From Candidatus Omnitrophota bacterium (GTDB lineage: Bacteria; Omnitrophota; Gorgyraeia; S143-82): DNA of 64,000 nucleotides. Below are positions 1-9,326 of the stretch, piece by piece; within the stretch, counting starts at the first letter, position 1, and every line of letters begins with the position of its first letter. The stretch is from NCBI GenBank assembly GCA_015494465.1, contig WGBD01000004.1, positions 4,627 through 68,626 on the forward strand. The letters run 5' to 3'. Both the position numbers and the translations under genes were made by a program. The notes under the pieces are model-generated. The model was not told where the DNA came from, ran no database searches, and saw only the letters and a list, made by a program, of their open reading frames with translations.

Positions 1-75
1 TGAGACAAAATCTTCCTGGAAGACTCTGTTTCATAACCATATAATAGGGGGATTGGGAGTAAAGCTGGAGGAAGG

Positions 76-1212
76 ATGGTTCCATTCGTCGATCTGACGC
101 GCTTATACGAGAAGTTTAAGACCGAAGTGGACGAGGCTGTAAGGGCCTGTTTTGACCACCAGAAATGGATCCTGGGGCCAGAGGTGGAGGAATTCGAGTC
201 GGCCTTTGCGGGGGCCTTGGGGGCTAAGTACGGGATCGGCGTTGCCTCGGGGACGGATGCCTTGCTCTTGGGATTGCGGGCGATAACCATCGTCAGGTAT
301 GGGAAAGAGTTTTTCGAGCAAGACGAGTTAGTTATAACTACCCCTTTTACTTTCTCTGCTACTGCGGAGTCGATCATCAGGTCAGGGGCAAGGCCTTTGT
401 TCGTGGATGTCGACTACGATACGATGAACCTGTCGGTCGAGGGGGTTAAAGAGGCGATTCGCAAGTACGGTCGTAGGATAGTGGGGATGGTGGTGGTACA
501 TCTCTACGGTTATCCCGCTGATGTGGAAGGGTTGGTGGCCGTCGCAAAGGAGAATGGTCTGTTTCTGATCGAGGATTGCGCCCAGGCCTTTGGCTCTCGA
601 GTAAGGGGGAAAATGGTGGGGACCTTTGGAGATGTGGGGGCCTTTAGCTTCTTCCCTACGAAAAATCTCCCGGGAATTGGCGATGGTGGTATGGTGGTTA
701 CTAGCGATGGAGATCTCTGCGAGGTCGTCTCTGCCCTTCGGAATCACGGGGGCAAGGACAAGTACGCCTTGGATTATCTGGGTTATAACTCCCGACTGGA
801 TACTGTCCAGTCCGCGGTGTTGTCGGTTCACCTGAGGCACTTTGGGGTGATTGCCCAGGAGCGGTCGAGGATCGCCCGTCACTACTTTGATCGACTTGCT
901 TCGATAGAGACATTAGCTTTACCCCCGGCCCCGGATGGGGTGATCGAGCCGGTCTACAATCTTTTTACCGTGCGGATAGAGGAGAAAAGGGGGGAGTTGG
1001 CAGACTTTCTGCACTCGCGAGGGATTGGGGTCGGGATATATTATCCCAAGCTCGTGAGCGATATGCCTCCCATCTCTGCCCGTTCAGTCTCTACCGAGTT
1101 AAGCACTGCCCGTAGGCTAACGAGAGAGGTCTTGAGCCTGCCTTGTTTCTCCTTCCTGACTCCTCAGGAGCAGGAGGAGGTCGTCCAGGCGATAAGCGCC
1201 TTCTTCCGCTAA
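76..1212 (+). CDS. DegT/DnrJ/EryC1/StrS-family PLP-dependent sugar aminotransferase
   Basis: 378 aa. Family-typical N-terminus and a PLP-lysine region (FFPTKNLPGIGDGG). Fold-type I aminotransferase pattern. Confidence 0.85.
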   Translation: MVPFVDLTRLYEKFKTEVDEAVRACFDHQKWILGPEVEEFESAFAGALGAKYGIGVASGTDALLLGLRAITIVRYGKEFFEQDELVITTPFTFSATAESIIRSGARPLFVDVDYDTMNLSVEGVKEAIRKYGRRIVGMVVVHLYGYPADVEGLVAVAKENGLFLIEDCAQAFGSRVRGKMVGTFGDVGAFSFFPTKNLPGIGDGGMVVTSDGDLCEVVSALRNHGGKDKYALDYLGYNSRLDTVQSAVLSVHLRHFGVIAQERSRIARHYFDRLASIETLALPPAPDGVIEPVYNLFTVRIEEKRGELADFLHSRGIGVGIYYPKLVSDMPPISARSVSTELSTARRLTREVLSLPCFSFLTPQEQEEVVQAISAFFR

Positions 1213-2553
1213 TCAGTCCTTCTTGAGGGCCTTTAGCGCGGATTCGCTGGCCATTACTATGGCGTTGTTTGCCGGGAAGAAGGACTGATACGGCTGGGCT
1301 GAGTAGCTCAGTTTCGCCAATCTTTCTACGGGTATGCGGTTCTGTATCGCGAAGGTTAGCAGGTCTATCCTCTCGGTCACACACATCGTACCGACTACCT
1401 GGGCGCCTATCAGGAGGTGGTCTTCTTTGTTCACTATTAGTTTTACTTTCACGAATCCGGGGTCAGGGAAGATGGAGAACTTGGCGGTCGTCTCCCCGTA
1501 GCTTACGATGTAATCGTTGAAGCCCCTTTCCCTGGCTATCCGCTCGTTGAATCCGGTTCCTCCTGCCCGGATACCGTAGACTATGGTGGCAGCACCGTTG
1601 TAGAAACCATCGTACTCTGCAGGGATACCTATTATGTTGAGCCCTGCGGTCTTTCCCATCGGGACTGCATTGGTAGCGAGTTTCCCCAATATGGGCCTGT
1701 GGTCTATACCGGATGTGAAGGCACAACAGTCGCCTGCAGCGAATACGCCTTCGACGTTAGTCCGCATGTGCTTGTCCACCACGATACCATCTTTGGCTAT
1801 CTCTAGTCCGGTGCCTTTGAACAGGTCTACATTTGCCCTTAGCCCTACGGAGAAGACTACTATGTCCTTATCCTCCAGTTCTATGCTGGTGCCGTCTGCC
1901 AAGGTCAATCTCTGGGCGTAGTCCTGCCCTTCAACTGCGGAAAGCGGTGTGGAGAGGTGCATGTGAATCCCGTGCTCGATCAATTTCTCTTCTAATGGAC
2001 GGCTCATGTCTGCATCCAGTAGGTTGGGGAGGACGTGATCTGCCATCTCCACGAGGTGGGTCTCCAAATCGAGAGAGCGAAAGGCCTGCAAGAGCTCTAT
2101 CCCTATGGATCCTGCCCCAACTACCACCGCCTTCCTTGCCCCTTGGGAGATCTTTTCCAGTATCCCTTTGAGGTGCTCTTCCCGTTTGAACACGAATGCG
2201 TTTTTCAGTCCTTTGGGCACGAAAGGAGGGATTATTGGCTCAGCTCCGGTGGCTATCAAGAGCTTGTCGTAGGATACTTGGCTACCGTCTTCCAGGGTTA
2301 CGGCCTTCTTTTCGAAGTCAACGGACGAGGCCCTCTTCCGGATGAGTTCGGCACCGACCTCGGTTAGGAGTTCGTCTTTTTTGTATATCTTCTCAAACGG
2401 GATGATCTTCTCTATGACGTAAGGCATTGCACAGTAGATGAGGCTCTTATTTTCAGGCCGTATAACGCTGACCTCAACGTCCGGGGCGTTAAGTTTTATG
2501 GTCCTGCAGGCCCTGATCCCTGCCGGTCCTCCGCCAATGATCACCACCTTCAT
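1213..2553 (-). CDS. FAD-dependent pyridine nucleotide-disulfide oxidoreductase (NADH oxidase / CoA-disulfide reductase family)
   Basis: 446 aa. N-terminal GGGPAG FAD-binding motif, a second GxGxxG NAD motif and a conserved Cys near residue 42 (LIYCAMPY). One of only two minus-strand genes in the window. Confidence 0.85.
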   Translation of the reverse strand: MKVVIIGGGPAGIRACRTIKLNAPDVEVSVIRPENKSLIYCAMPYVIEKIIPFEKIYKKDELLTEVGAELIRKRASSVDFEKKAVTLEDGSQVSYDKLLIATGAEPIIPPFVPKGLKNAFVFKREEHLKGILEKISQGARKAVVVGAGSIGIELLQAFRSLDLETHLVEMADHVLPNLLDADMSRPLEEKLIEHGIHMHLSTPLSAVEGQDYAQRLTLADGTSIELEDKDIVVFSVGLRANVDLFKGTGLEIAKDGIVVDKHMRTNVEGVFAAGDCCAFTSGIDHRPILGKLATNAVPMGKTAGLNIIGIPAEYDGFYNGAATIVYGIRAGGTGFNERIARERGFNDYIVSYGETTAKFSIFPDPGFVKVKLIVNKEDHLLIGAQVVGTMCVTERIDLLTFAIQNRIPVERLAKLSYSAQPYQSFFPANNAIVMASESALKALKKD

Positions 2554-2659
2554 GGCCTTCTCCTTTCCGTTTTTAACTATGGTTCAAAATATTCTATGGG
2601 TCTTCTTTATGGGTGTCAACCGTTGATGATGACCCCTTTGATGTTGGGCGTAAATTTTA

Positions 2660-2687
2660 TTGACGATGGTGGCATATCTGATAAAAT
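2660..2687 (+). promoter_or_regulatory. sigma70-like promoter (TTGACG-16nt-TAAAAT) upstream of rplU-rpmA-obg
   Basis: Seen directly in the sequence, in the divergent intergenic region between the oxidoreductase and rplU. Position relative to the rplU RBS GGAGGAAGG fits a promoter. Confidence 0.4.
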
Positions 2688-2731
2688 TTACAATTCAATT
2701 TGGATAGTAGCGAGTTAGAAGGAGGAAGGTT

Positions 2732-3046
2732 ATGTACGCTGTAGTCGAGTGGGGTGGAAAGCAGTATAAGGTAGAGGAAGGCGCGGTGTTGGATCTGGAG
2801 AGGATCCCTTCCGAGGTGGGGGAGGAGATCGTCTTCGATAAGGTGTTGATGTTCTCCGACGGGGAGAAGATATATGTGGGCAATCCATACATCCCGGATG
2901 TTGAGGTAAAGGCCCAAATCAAAGAACACAAAAAGGGGAAGAAGGTGATTATATTCAAGTATAGAAGAAGGCATAAGTACCGGGTAAAGAGGGGGCACAG
3001 GCAGAACCTTAGCCGGGTGGAGATCTCCTCGGTCGCCAAGAAGTAG
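2732..3046 (+). CDS. rplU: 50S ribosomal protein L21
   Basis: 104 aa, MYAVVEWGGKQYKVEEG signature. Strong RBS AGGAGGAAGG upstream. Confidence 0.95.
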   Translation: MYAVVEWGGKQYKVEEGAVLDLERIPSEVGEEIVFDKVLMFSDGEKIYVGNPYIPDVEVKAQIKEHKKGKKVIIFKYRRRHKYRVKRGHRQNLSRVEISSVAKK

Positions 3047-3068
3047 ATATTGAGAAAGGGGTGAGACT

Positions 3069-3317
3069 ATGGCCCATAAAAAGGGGATGGGTTCCACAAA
3101 GAACGGGCGCGACTCAAGGGCGAAGTACCTTGGGGTCAAGAGGTTCGGTGGGCAGTTCGTAAAGGCAGGCACCATCCTCGTCCGTCAGAGGGGTACCAAG
3201 TTCAAGCCCGGTCGGAACGTTGGTATGGGGGGTGATTACACCCTGTTTGCCCTTATAGACGGCGTGGTGAGATTCCCCAAGCCCCGGGTCGTGGCGGTGG
3301 AGCCCGTACAGGCCTGA
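3069..3317 (+). CDS. rpmA: 50S ribosomal protein L27
   Basis: 82 aa, [16 protein letters not shown]...GVKRFGG signature. Confidence 0.95.
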   Translation: MAHKKGMGSTKNGRDSRAKYLGVKRFGGQFVKAGTILVRQRGTKFKPGRNVGMGGDYTLFALIDGVVRFPKPRVVAVEPVQA

Positions 3318-4300
3318 TGGCTATCGATGAGGTCAGGATCTGGGTAAAGGCGGGCGACGGCGGTAAGCCCTGTTCAAGCGTCTACAAGAACCGCTACATG
3401 AGACATCCCCGCCCCGACGGTGGCTGTGGGGGCAAAGGGGGAGACGTGATACTGGAGGCGGATCCTTCCCTGAATACCCTGCGCAAGTTCCACTTTCAAC
3501 AGCACTTCAGGGCCCCTTCCGGCAAACACGGGGGGAGCAACCGCAAGAAGGGGGCGGACGGTGAGGACCTCGTCATAAAGGTGCCAGTGGGTACGCTGGT
3601 GAGGGATGCCGGCACCGGGAAACTGTTGAAGGATCTCGCCCAGCCCGGGCAGAGGGTGGTCGTTGCCCGAGGGGGAAAGGGAGGTATAGGCAACGCCTAT
3701 ACCAAGGACCATTCGGTGGTCCCGGCCCAGCCCGGTCAGGAGCGGGAACTCGTCCTAGAGCTAAAGTACCTCGCAGATGTCGGTATAGTGGGTCTGCCCA
3801 GCGCGGGCAAGTCCACCCTCCTGAATGCCCTGACCGGTGCGGGATCGGAGACGGGCAGTTATCACTTCACCACCCGCAATCCGGTCCTAGGCACCCTGCC
3901 GGAGCTGGAGGTAGTGATGGCGGACCTGCCGGGTATCGTAGAGGGGGCCCACGAGGGCAAGGGTCTGGGAGATAGGTTCCTGAAGCACATAGAGAGGGCA
4001 AAGGTCCTGCTCCACGTGGTGGACATCTCCGGCTCGGAAGGGAGGCTCCCTTGGGAGGATTACATCGTCCTCAACGAGGAGTTGAGGAAGTACAATCCCG
4101 CACTCCTTGCCAAGCCCCAGATAGTGGTCCTGAACAAGAAGGACTTGTTGAGGAATATGGAGAACGTAAGGAGATTCGAGGAGTTCACAGGGGTGAAGGA
4201 CTTCGTTTTGGTATCTGCCAAGACCGGTGAGGGGCTGGATGAACTTAGGCGCAGGATAGCGGAGGAACTGGAGAGGATAAGGGATGGAGAAGGGGAATAA
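3317..4300 (+). CDS. obg: GTPase Obg/CgtA
   Basis: 327 aa. Obg fold N-terminal Gly-rich region (KAGDGG...GGKGGDVIL) and GTPase G1 motif GLPSAGKST. Sits after rplU-rpmA as in many bacteria. Confidence 0.9.
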   Translation: MAIDEVRIWVKAGDGGKPCSSVYKNRYMRHPRPDGGCGGKGGDVILEADPSLNTLRKFHFQQHFRAPSGKHGGSNRKKGADGEDLVIKVPVGTLVRDAGTGKLLKDLAQPGQRVVVARGGKGGIGNAYTKDHSVVPAQPGQERELVLELKYLADVGIVGLPSAGKSTLLNALTGAGSETGSYHFTTRNPVLGTLPELEVVMADLPGIVEGAHEGKGLGDRFLKHIERAKVLLHVVDISGSEGRLPWEDYIVLNEELRKYNPALLAKPQIVVLNKKDLLRNMENVRRFEEFTGVKDFVLVSAKTGEGLDELRRRIAEELERIRDGEGE

Positions 4301-4940
4301 TCCGGTGCTGGTGGCCCCGTCTCTGCTCTCTGCGGACTTCTCCTGTCTCGAGAGGGAGGTAAGGGGCCTCGATGCGGTGGTGGACGCCTGGCACGTAGAC
4401 GTGATGGACGGGCACTTCGTGCCTAACATTACCCTTGGCCCGTTTATCGTCAGGGCTGTGAGATCGGTGGTAACCCGCCCCTTGGACGTACACCTGATGA
4501 TAGGTGAGCCTATCAAGTATGCGCGGGAGTTCCTCTCCGCCGGGGCGGACATATTGACCGCTCATGTAGAGGCATTCGGAAACGAGGGCGAGGTGAAAGA
4601 ATTTATCGCTTTGGTGAAGGAGATGGGCAGGAAGGTGGGTCTGTCCCTCAAGCCTGCCACTCCTCCAGAGGCCTTGGAGGGGTATCTGGCAGATCTGGAC
4701 ATGGTCTTGGTCATGACGGTTGAGCCGGGGTTTGGTGGACAGAGGTTCCGGGAGGATCAACTGCCCAAGATAGGGTGGTTTGCCCAGAGGTTTTCTGGCT
4801 ATCTTGCGGTAGACGGGGGGATAAATGCCGAGACCGCGCGCTTGGTCAGGGAGGCCGGGGCCAACTTTCTGGTCGCAGGCAGTTATGTCTTTTCCGCCCG
4901 GGATAGGTTGAAGGCCATCGCCTCCCTGCGAGAGGGTTGA
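4284..4940 (+). CDS. rpe: ribulose-phosphate 3-epimerase
   Basis: 218 aa with typical Rpe motifs (VDVMDGHFVPN, TVEPGFGGQ). Confidence 0.9.
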   Translation: MEKGNNPVLVAPSLLSADFSCLEREVRGLDAVVDAWHVDVMDGHFVPNITLGPFIVRAVRSVVTRPLDVHLMIGEPIKYAREFLSAGADILTAHVEAFGNEGEVKEFIALVKEMGRKVGLSLKPATPPEALEGYLADLDMVLVMTVEPGFGGQRFREDQLPKIGWFAQRFSGYLAVDGGINAETARLVREAGANFLVAGSYVFSARDRLKAIASLREG

Positions 4941-5104
4941 ATAAGGATTTGACCTCCACAGGGTCTTGTGGTAGAAGATATTTGTCCATTGGGAAGGTGC
5001 AGAAATTTTGGGCTTGCAGAGAAGGTTGGTTTGTGGTATAAATCTTAACAGAGCCTCTTTGGTGCGAGAGAAGTCCCAAAAGTGCCCTCTCCTGTCACGC
5101 ACAC

Positions 5105-5866
5105 GTGACGAATACCCCCCTGCCAAAGAGGCTCTGCCTTTTTATTTTCAGGGTCAGTGAGATGGGGTCTTTGTCTCCTCCTCTTCTACATGCCCGTGGC
5201 CTAGAGAAGTCCTTTCCCAGTCCAACTGGCAGATTGCAGGTCCTTTCCGGTGCGGAATTAGAGGTCTACGCTGGTGACAGAATCGCCATAGTTGGGCCTT
5301 CCGGCTCGGGCAAGAGCACGCTCCTGCACATCTTGGGCGGGCTTGAGACCTACGATGCAGGTGTTATCCTGTGGGAGGGCAGGCAGTTGAGCAGGGCGGT
5401 TGAGGATCTTGCCCTCTGGCGCAGGGTTAATGTGGGGTTCGTTTTCCAATTTTATCACCTTATACCGGAACTCTGCGTCTGGGAAAACGTTGCCTTGCCT
5501 CTGCTTCTCAACGGGGTGAAAAAGGCCAAGGCCAAAGAGGCGGTCTATTCTGCGCTTTCCGAGGTGGGATTAGGGGACCTCGGGGAAAGGCAGGTAGAAT
5601 TCCTCTCGGGTGGGGAGATGCAGAGGGTTGCAATACTGCGGGCGGTTATCCACAGGCCGAAACTGGTCTTTGCAGACGAGCCCACCGGCAATCTCGATCC
5701 CCACATACAAAGACAGGTCCTGGATTTTATGTTGAACAGGCTAAAGGAGAGCGGATCCGCGCTGGTTATGGTCACCCACGACTTTGACCTGGCGAAGGAG
5801 ATGGACAAGGTCTTTTTGTTAAGCGATGGCAAATTGCACCCATACATGGTAGAATCTAAAAAATAA
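5105..5866 (+). CDS. ABC transporter ATP-binding protein (LolD/FtsE/MacB-like), no adjacent permease
   Basis: Walker A GPSGSGKST, signature LSGGEMQR, Walker B LVFADEPTGNLD. The true start is probably downstream (ATG near 5162); the annotated GTG at 5105 overlaps a palindrome. Confidence 0.8.
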   Translation: MTNTPLPKRLCLFIFRVSEMGSLSPPLLHARGLEKSFPSPTGRLQVLSGAELEVYAGDRIAIVGPSGSGKSTLLHILGGLETYDAGVILWEGRQLSRAVEDLALWRRVNVGFVFQFYHLIPELCVWENVALPLLLNGVKKAKAKEAVYSALSEVGLGDLGERQVEFLSGGEMQRVAILRAVIHRPKLVFADEPTGNLDPHIQRQVLDFMLNRLKESGSALVMVTHDFDLAKEMDKVFLLSDGKLHPYMVESKK

Positions 5867-5882
5867 GCCTGGAGGTCGGTAT

Positions 5883-6749
5883 ATGCTGATATACGTGAAC
5901 GGTCAATATTATTCCGAAGAGGAGGCCAAGGTCTCGGTCCTGGATCACGGCTACCTCTACGGTGATGGGGTGTTCGAGGGGATAAGGATGTATTCCGGCT
6001 GTATATTCAAGTTGAGGGAGCACATTGACCGCCTCTACGACTCCGCTAGGGCGATAATGCTCCGCATCCCGATGGAGAAGTCGGAGATGGAGTCCGCGAT
6101 AGTCGAGACCGTGCGAAAGAATGGGTTAACCGACGGATACATAAGGGTAGTGGTGAGCCGGGGAGTAGGCGATCTCGGTCTGGATCCGAGGAAGTGCCCG
6201 AATCCAACGGTGGTGATAATAGCGGATCGGATAAAGCTCTATCCCGAGGAATTGTACCAGAACGGGCTCTCTATAATAACTGTCCCCACCCGCAGGAACC
6301 TGCCCGAGGCCCTGAATCCCCAGATAAAGTCTCTCAATTACCTGAACAACATCCTCGCCAAGATAGAGGCCATACACCGCGGATACGAAGAGGCCCTTAT
6401 GCTGAATCAGGAGGGATATGTTGCGGAGTGCACTGGGGATAACATATTTATGCTAAAAGGAAAGAGCCTGATCACCCCACCCACCTCGGTGGGCGTGCTC
6501 AAGGGGATAACCGCCAGGACCGTTATGGGGATAGCGATAGACATGGGACTAGAGGTCAGGGAAGAGCGGTTCACCCGCTATGATCTTTATACCGCTGACG
6601 AGGTCTTCCTGACCGGGACCGCTGCGGAGATAATACCGGTTGTGAAGGTGGACGACCGTCCGATCGGGGACGGCAGGCCCGGGCCTACCACTTGGGAGAT
6701 AATCCGCAGGTTCCGCAAGATTACCACCGAGGATGGGGTCAAGATATAA
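5883..6749 (+). CDS. ilvE: branched-chain amino acid aminotransferase (class IV aminotransferase)
   Basis: 288 aa, fold-type IV PLP enzyme pattern (GDGVFEG...EGxxxNIF...). RBS GGAGG upstream. Confidence 0.85.
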   Translation: MLIYVNGQYYSEEEAKVSVLDHGYLYGDGVFEGIRMYSGCIFKLREHIDRLYDSARAIMLRIPMEKSEMESAIVETVRKNGLTDGYIRVVVSRGVGDLGLDPRKCPNPTVVIIADRIKLYPEELYQNGLSIITVPTRRNLPEALNPQIKSLNYLNNILAKIEAIHRGYEEALMLNQEGYVAECTGDNIFMLKGKSLITPPTSVGVLKGITARTVMGIAIDMGLEVREERFTRYDLYTADEVFLTGTAAEIIPVVKVDDRPIGDGRPGPTTWEIIRRFRKITTEDGVKI

Positions 6750-7518
6750 CCTGGTTTACCTCCTCTGCGGGTTGCTGTTCCTGTCCGCCTGCACGGAGTA
6801 CAATCGTATAACCCACCGTCAGGACGTTATACTGTATCCCCTGGAGAAGGAACTGGAGATGGGCAGTAAGGTCGCCCAGCGTTTTCTCCAGAAGTATCCT
6901 CCCGTAGAGGATACGGATCTTCAGGAAAGGATAAACAGGATGGGTCAAAGACTGGCCCAGGTCTGCGATCGCAGAGACTTGCACTATCAGTTTATCGTGG
7001 TGGACTTTCCGGGTAAGAATGCGGTCTCCCTGCCGGGAGGCTACATTTTCATAAGCAAAGAATTGGTGGATTTCTGCCGGAGCGACGACGAGATTGCCTC
7101 GGTTTTGGCCCACGAGATAGGGCACATCGTCTCCAAGCACGGAATAAAGCGCCTGCAGGCCAGTTATCTAGCCTTGGTTGGCACCATCGGGGTGGTGGCC
7201 TCCAAAAATCCCAATCTGGCGCGGGGGGTGCAAGGGGCGTTGGCGGTCTTGTTTTCTGCCTACTCTCGCGAGGATGAGTTCACCGCCGACGAATTAGGGG
7301 CGAAATACATGAGGCGGGCGGGCTACGATGTGAAGGCGATGGTGGACCTGTTCGCCCGTATGGACGAGGTGCACACCTACGAAGAGCCCGCCAGCAAGGT
7401 CCCGTCTTATCTGCGAACCCATCCGTTTTTAGGGGAAAGGATACACAGGATAAAGGCGAAGTTTATGGGAAGCGCGCCTGATGACTTCCTTTCCTATGTA
7501 TCTCAAGAGCTCGACTAG
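6733..7518 (+). CDS. M48-family zinc metallopeptidase lipoprotein
   Basis: 261 aa. Signal peptide with lipobox LSAC and HEIGH zinc motif (LAHEIGHIVSKHG). Confidence 0.8.
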   Translation: MGSRYNLVYLLCGLLFLSACTEYNRITHRQDVILYPLEKELEMGSKVAQRFLQKYPPVEDTDLQERINRMGQRLAQVCDRRDLHYQFIVVDFPGKNAVSLPGGYIFISKELVDFCRSDDEIASVLAHEIGHIVSKHGIKRLQASYLALVGTIGVVASKNPNLARGVQGALAVLFSAYSREDEFTADELGAKYMRRAGYDVKAMVDLFARMDEVHTYEEPASKVPSYLRTHPFLGERIHRIKAKFMGSAPDDFLSYVSQELD

Positions 7519-7696
7519 GTAAGTGAGACGGAATCTTTTTGGAAGAATCTGTCTCATAAGTTGGGATTTTGGGGGAAGGGGGTAATTTTTTATTGACTTA
7601 TCGGGGATTTTTATAGTATTTTAATCCAATTATTTCGGGACCTTTAACTTTGGGGTAAGGGTGAGACTATGAAGGACACATAGGTGAAGAGGAAAG

Positions 7697-8101
7697 ATGG
7701 AAGGGATTCTTGAACCCAAAGGCATAGTAAAGTGCGATTCAAACGGTCTGACTTACGCAGGAGTCCACCTGCTTTTGGAGTTTTGGGGTGCCAAGAATCT
7801 GGACGATCTCGAACTGGTCGAAGAGACCTTCCGTAAGGCCGTCGAGGCCTGTGGGGCGACACTCCTCAGTATGAAATTCCATCACTTCTCTCCCTATGGC
7901 GGTATTTCTGGTGTGGCTATCGTTATGGAGTCTCATCTCACCATCCACTCCTGGCCTGAACTTGGTTACGCAGCGATAGACATATTCCTCTGTGGCGGGG
8001 TCGATCCATACAAGGCCTTACCCGTGCTAAAGGAGGCATTTCAGCCGGAGCGGGTGCAGGTAATGGAATTAAAAAGGGGTATGATGGATGAAGTGGTTTA
8101 A
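7697..8101 (+). CDS. speH: S-adenosylmethionine decarboxylase proenzyme (class 1b, pyruvoyl-dependent)
   Basis: 134 aa. The VMESHLTIHSWPE self-cleavage/pyruvoyl motif matches small bacterial/archaeal AdoMetDC. Confidence 0.85.
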   Translation: MEGILEPKGIVKCDSNGLTYAGVHLLLEFWGAKNLDDLELVEETFRKAVEACGATLLSMKFHHFSPYGGISGVAIVMESHLTIHSWPELGYAAIDIFLCGGVDPYKALPVLKEAFQPERVQVMELKRGMMDEVV

Positions 8102-8936
8102 GGAGGATCTATACGGGGCCACTATAACCCAGTGGTTAGCAATAGATAAGCTCATCTACAAGGGTAAGAGCAAGTATCAGAAGATCTTGCTCTTCGAGAA
8201 CAAGTCCCTTGGTAGGGTGCTGGCCTTGGACGGGATAGTGCAGACCACCGAGAAGGACGAGTTTATATATCACGAGATGATCGTCCATGTGCCTATGATG
8301 TCCCATCCCAATCCCAGGCGGGTTTTGATAGTAGGCGGAGGTGACGGCGGAGCAGCTGAAGAGGTCCTCAAGTACGGATCCGTGGAGCGGGTGGTCATGG
8401 TGGACATAGACGGAGAGGTGGTTGAGCTGGCCAAGAAGTACTTGCGGAAGATATGCAAACGGGCCTTTGAGGATAAACGCCTGGAGTTGATCATAGACGA
8501 CGGCGTAAAATACGTGGCCAATACCGACGAGAAATTCGACGTGGTTATCGTGGATTCGCCCGATCCCATAGGCCCGGGTAAGGTCCTCTTTACCAAGCGA
8601 TTCTATCAGTCTATCTACCGAGTTCTGGATAAGGTCGGGGTCATGAGCAGGCAGGCGGGTTCTACTTTCTTTCAGGGCAACGAACTGCCTCAGGCGGTCA
8701 GGCTCCTTCGCCAGGTCTTCCCGTTGAACGATGTCTACCTAACCGCAGTCCCTACTTACATCGGTGGGTTGTTCTCCTTTGTCTTGAGCGGAAAGGGTCT
8801 GAAGGCCTGGCCTTCGCTGAAGGTTTTGGAGAAGAGGTTTGCCCAAGCGGGGATAAAGACCGATTACTATACGCCCGAGGTGCACAAGGCAAGCTTCGTC
8901 TTGCCGGTCTATGTGGCCAGGGCAATCGCTAAGTAG
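8088..8936 (+). CDS. speE: spermidine synthase / polyamine aminopropyltransferase
   Basis: 282 aa with the aminopropyltransferase motifs (VLIVGGGDGG, DVVIVDSPDPIGP). Confidence 0.9.
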   Translation: MKWFKEDLYGATITQWLAIDKLIYKGKSKYQKILLFENKSLGRVLALDGIVQTTEKDEFIYHEMIVHVPMMSHPNPRRVLIVGGGDGGAAEEVLKYGSVERVVMVDIDGEVVELAKKYLRKICKRAFEDKRLELIIDDGVKYVANTDEKFDVVIVDSPDPIGPGKVLFTKRFYQSIYRVLDKVGVMSRQAGSTFFQGNELPQAVRLLRQVFPLNDVYLTAVPTYIGGLFSFVLSGKGLKAWPSLKVLEKRFAQAGIKTDYYTPEVHKASFVLPVYVARAIAK

Positions 8937-8947
8937 GTGAGAGGGAT

Positions 8948-9322
8948 ATGGGCAAGTATCTCAAGAAGGGCGATTACGGTATGGAGCTGGTCCTGGATCT
9001 CTACGATTGCGATCCGGAGGCCATCCGTTCGCGTAAGAAATTGAAGGAATTCGTGGACAGGCTCTGCGAGCTCTTGAAGATGAAGAAGTACGGCAGGTGT
9101 TTTCTTCCCTACTTCGGTCTTAACGCAGATCACACACCGGGTTATTCCCTTTTGCAGTTCATAGAGACCAGTTCTATAACTGGGCACTTTGCGGAGAAGA
9201 CCAACTCTGCTTATCTCAACATATTCTCTTGTAAGGAGTTTGATCCGATCAAGGCGACCAAGTTTTGCAAGGAATTCTTCTCTGCTCGACGAGTAAAAAA
9301 GAGGTTATACATAAGGAAGTGA
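8948..9322 (+). CDS. AdoMetDC-like paralog (candidate pyruvoyl-dependent decarboxylase with altered processing motif)
   Basis: 124 aa, alignable by eye to speH (ELVLDLYDCDPE...FIETSSITGHFAE vs HLLLEFWG...VMESHLTIHSWPE). ETSS replaces ESH at the cleavage site. Confidence 0.6.
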   Translation: MGKYLKKGDYGMELVLDLYDCDPEAIRSRKKLKEFVDRLCELLKMKKYGRCFLPYFGLNADHTPGYSLLQFIETSSITGHFAEKTNSAYLNIFSCKEFDPIKATKFCKEFFSARRVKKRLYIRK

Positions 9323-9326
9323 AGTT

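Noticed and set aside
5105-5161. GTG start at 5105 for the ABC ATPase
   Set aside because: It overlaps the palindrome and gives a non-conserved 19-aa leader. ATG 5162 is the more plausible start, but I reported the ORF-track coordinates because I cannot verify it.
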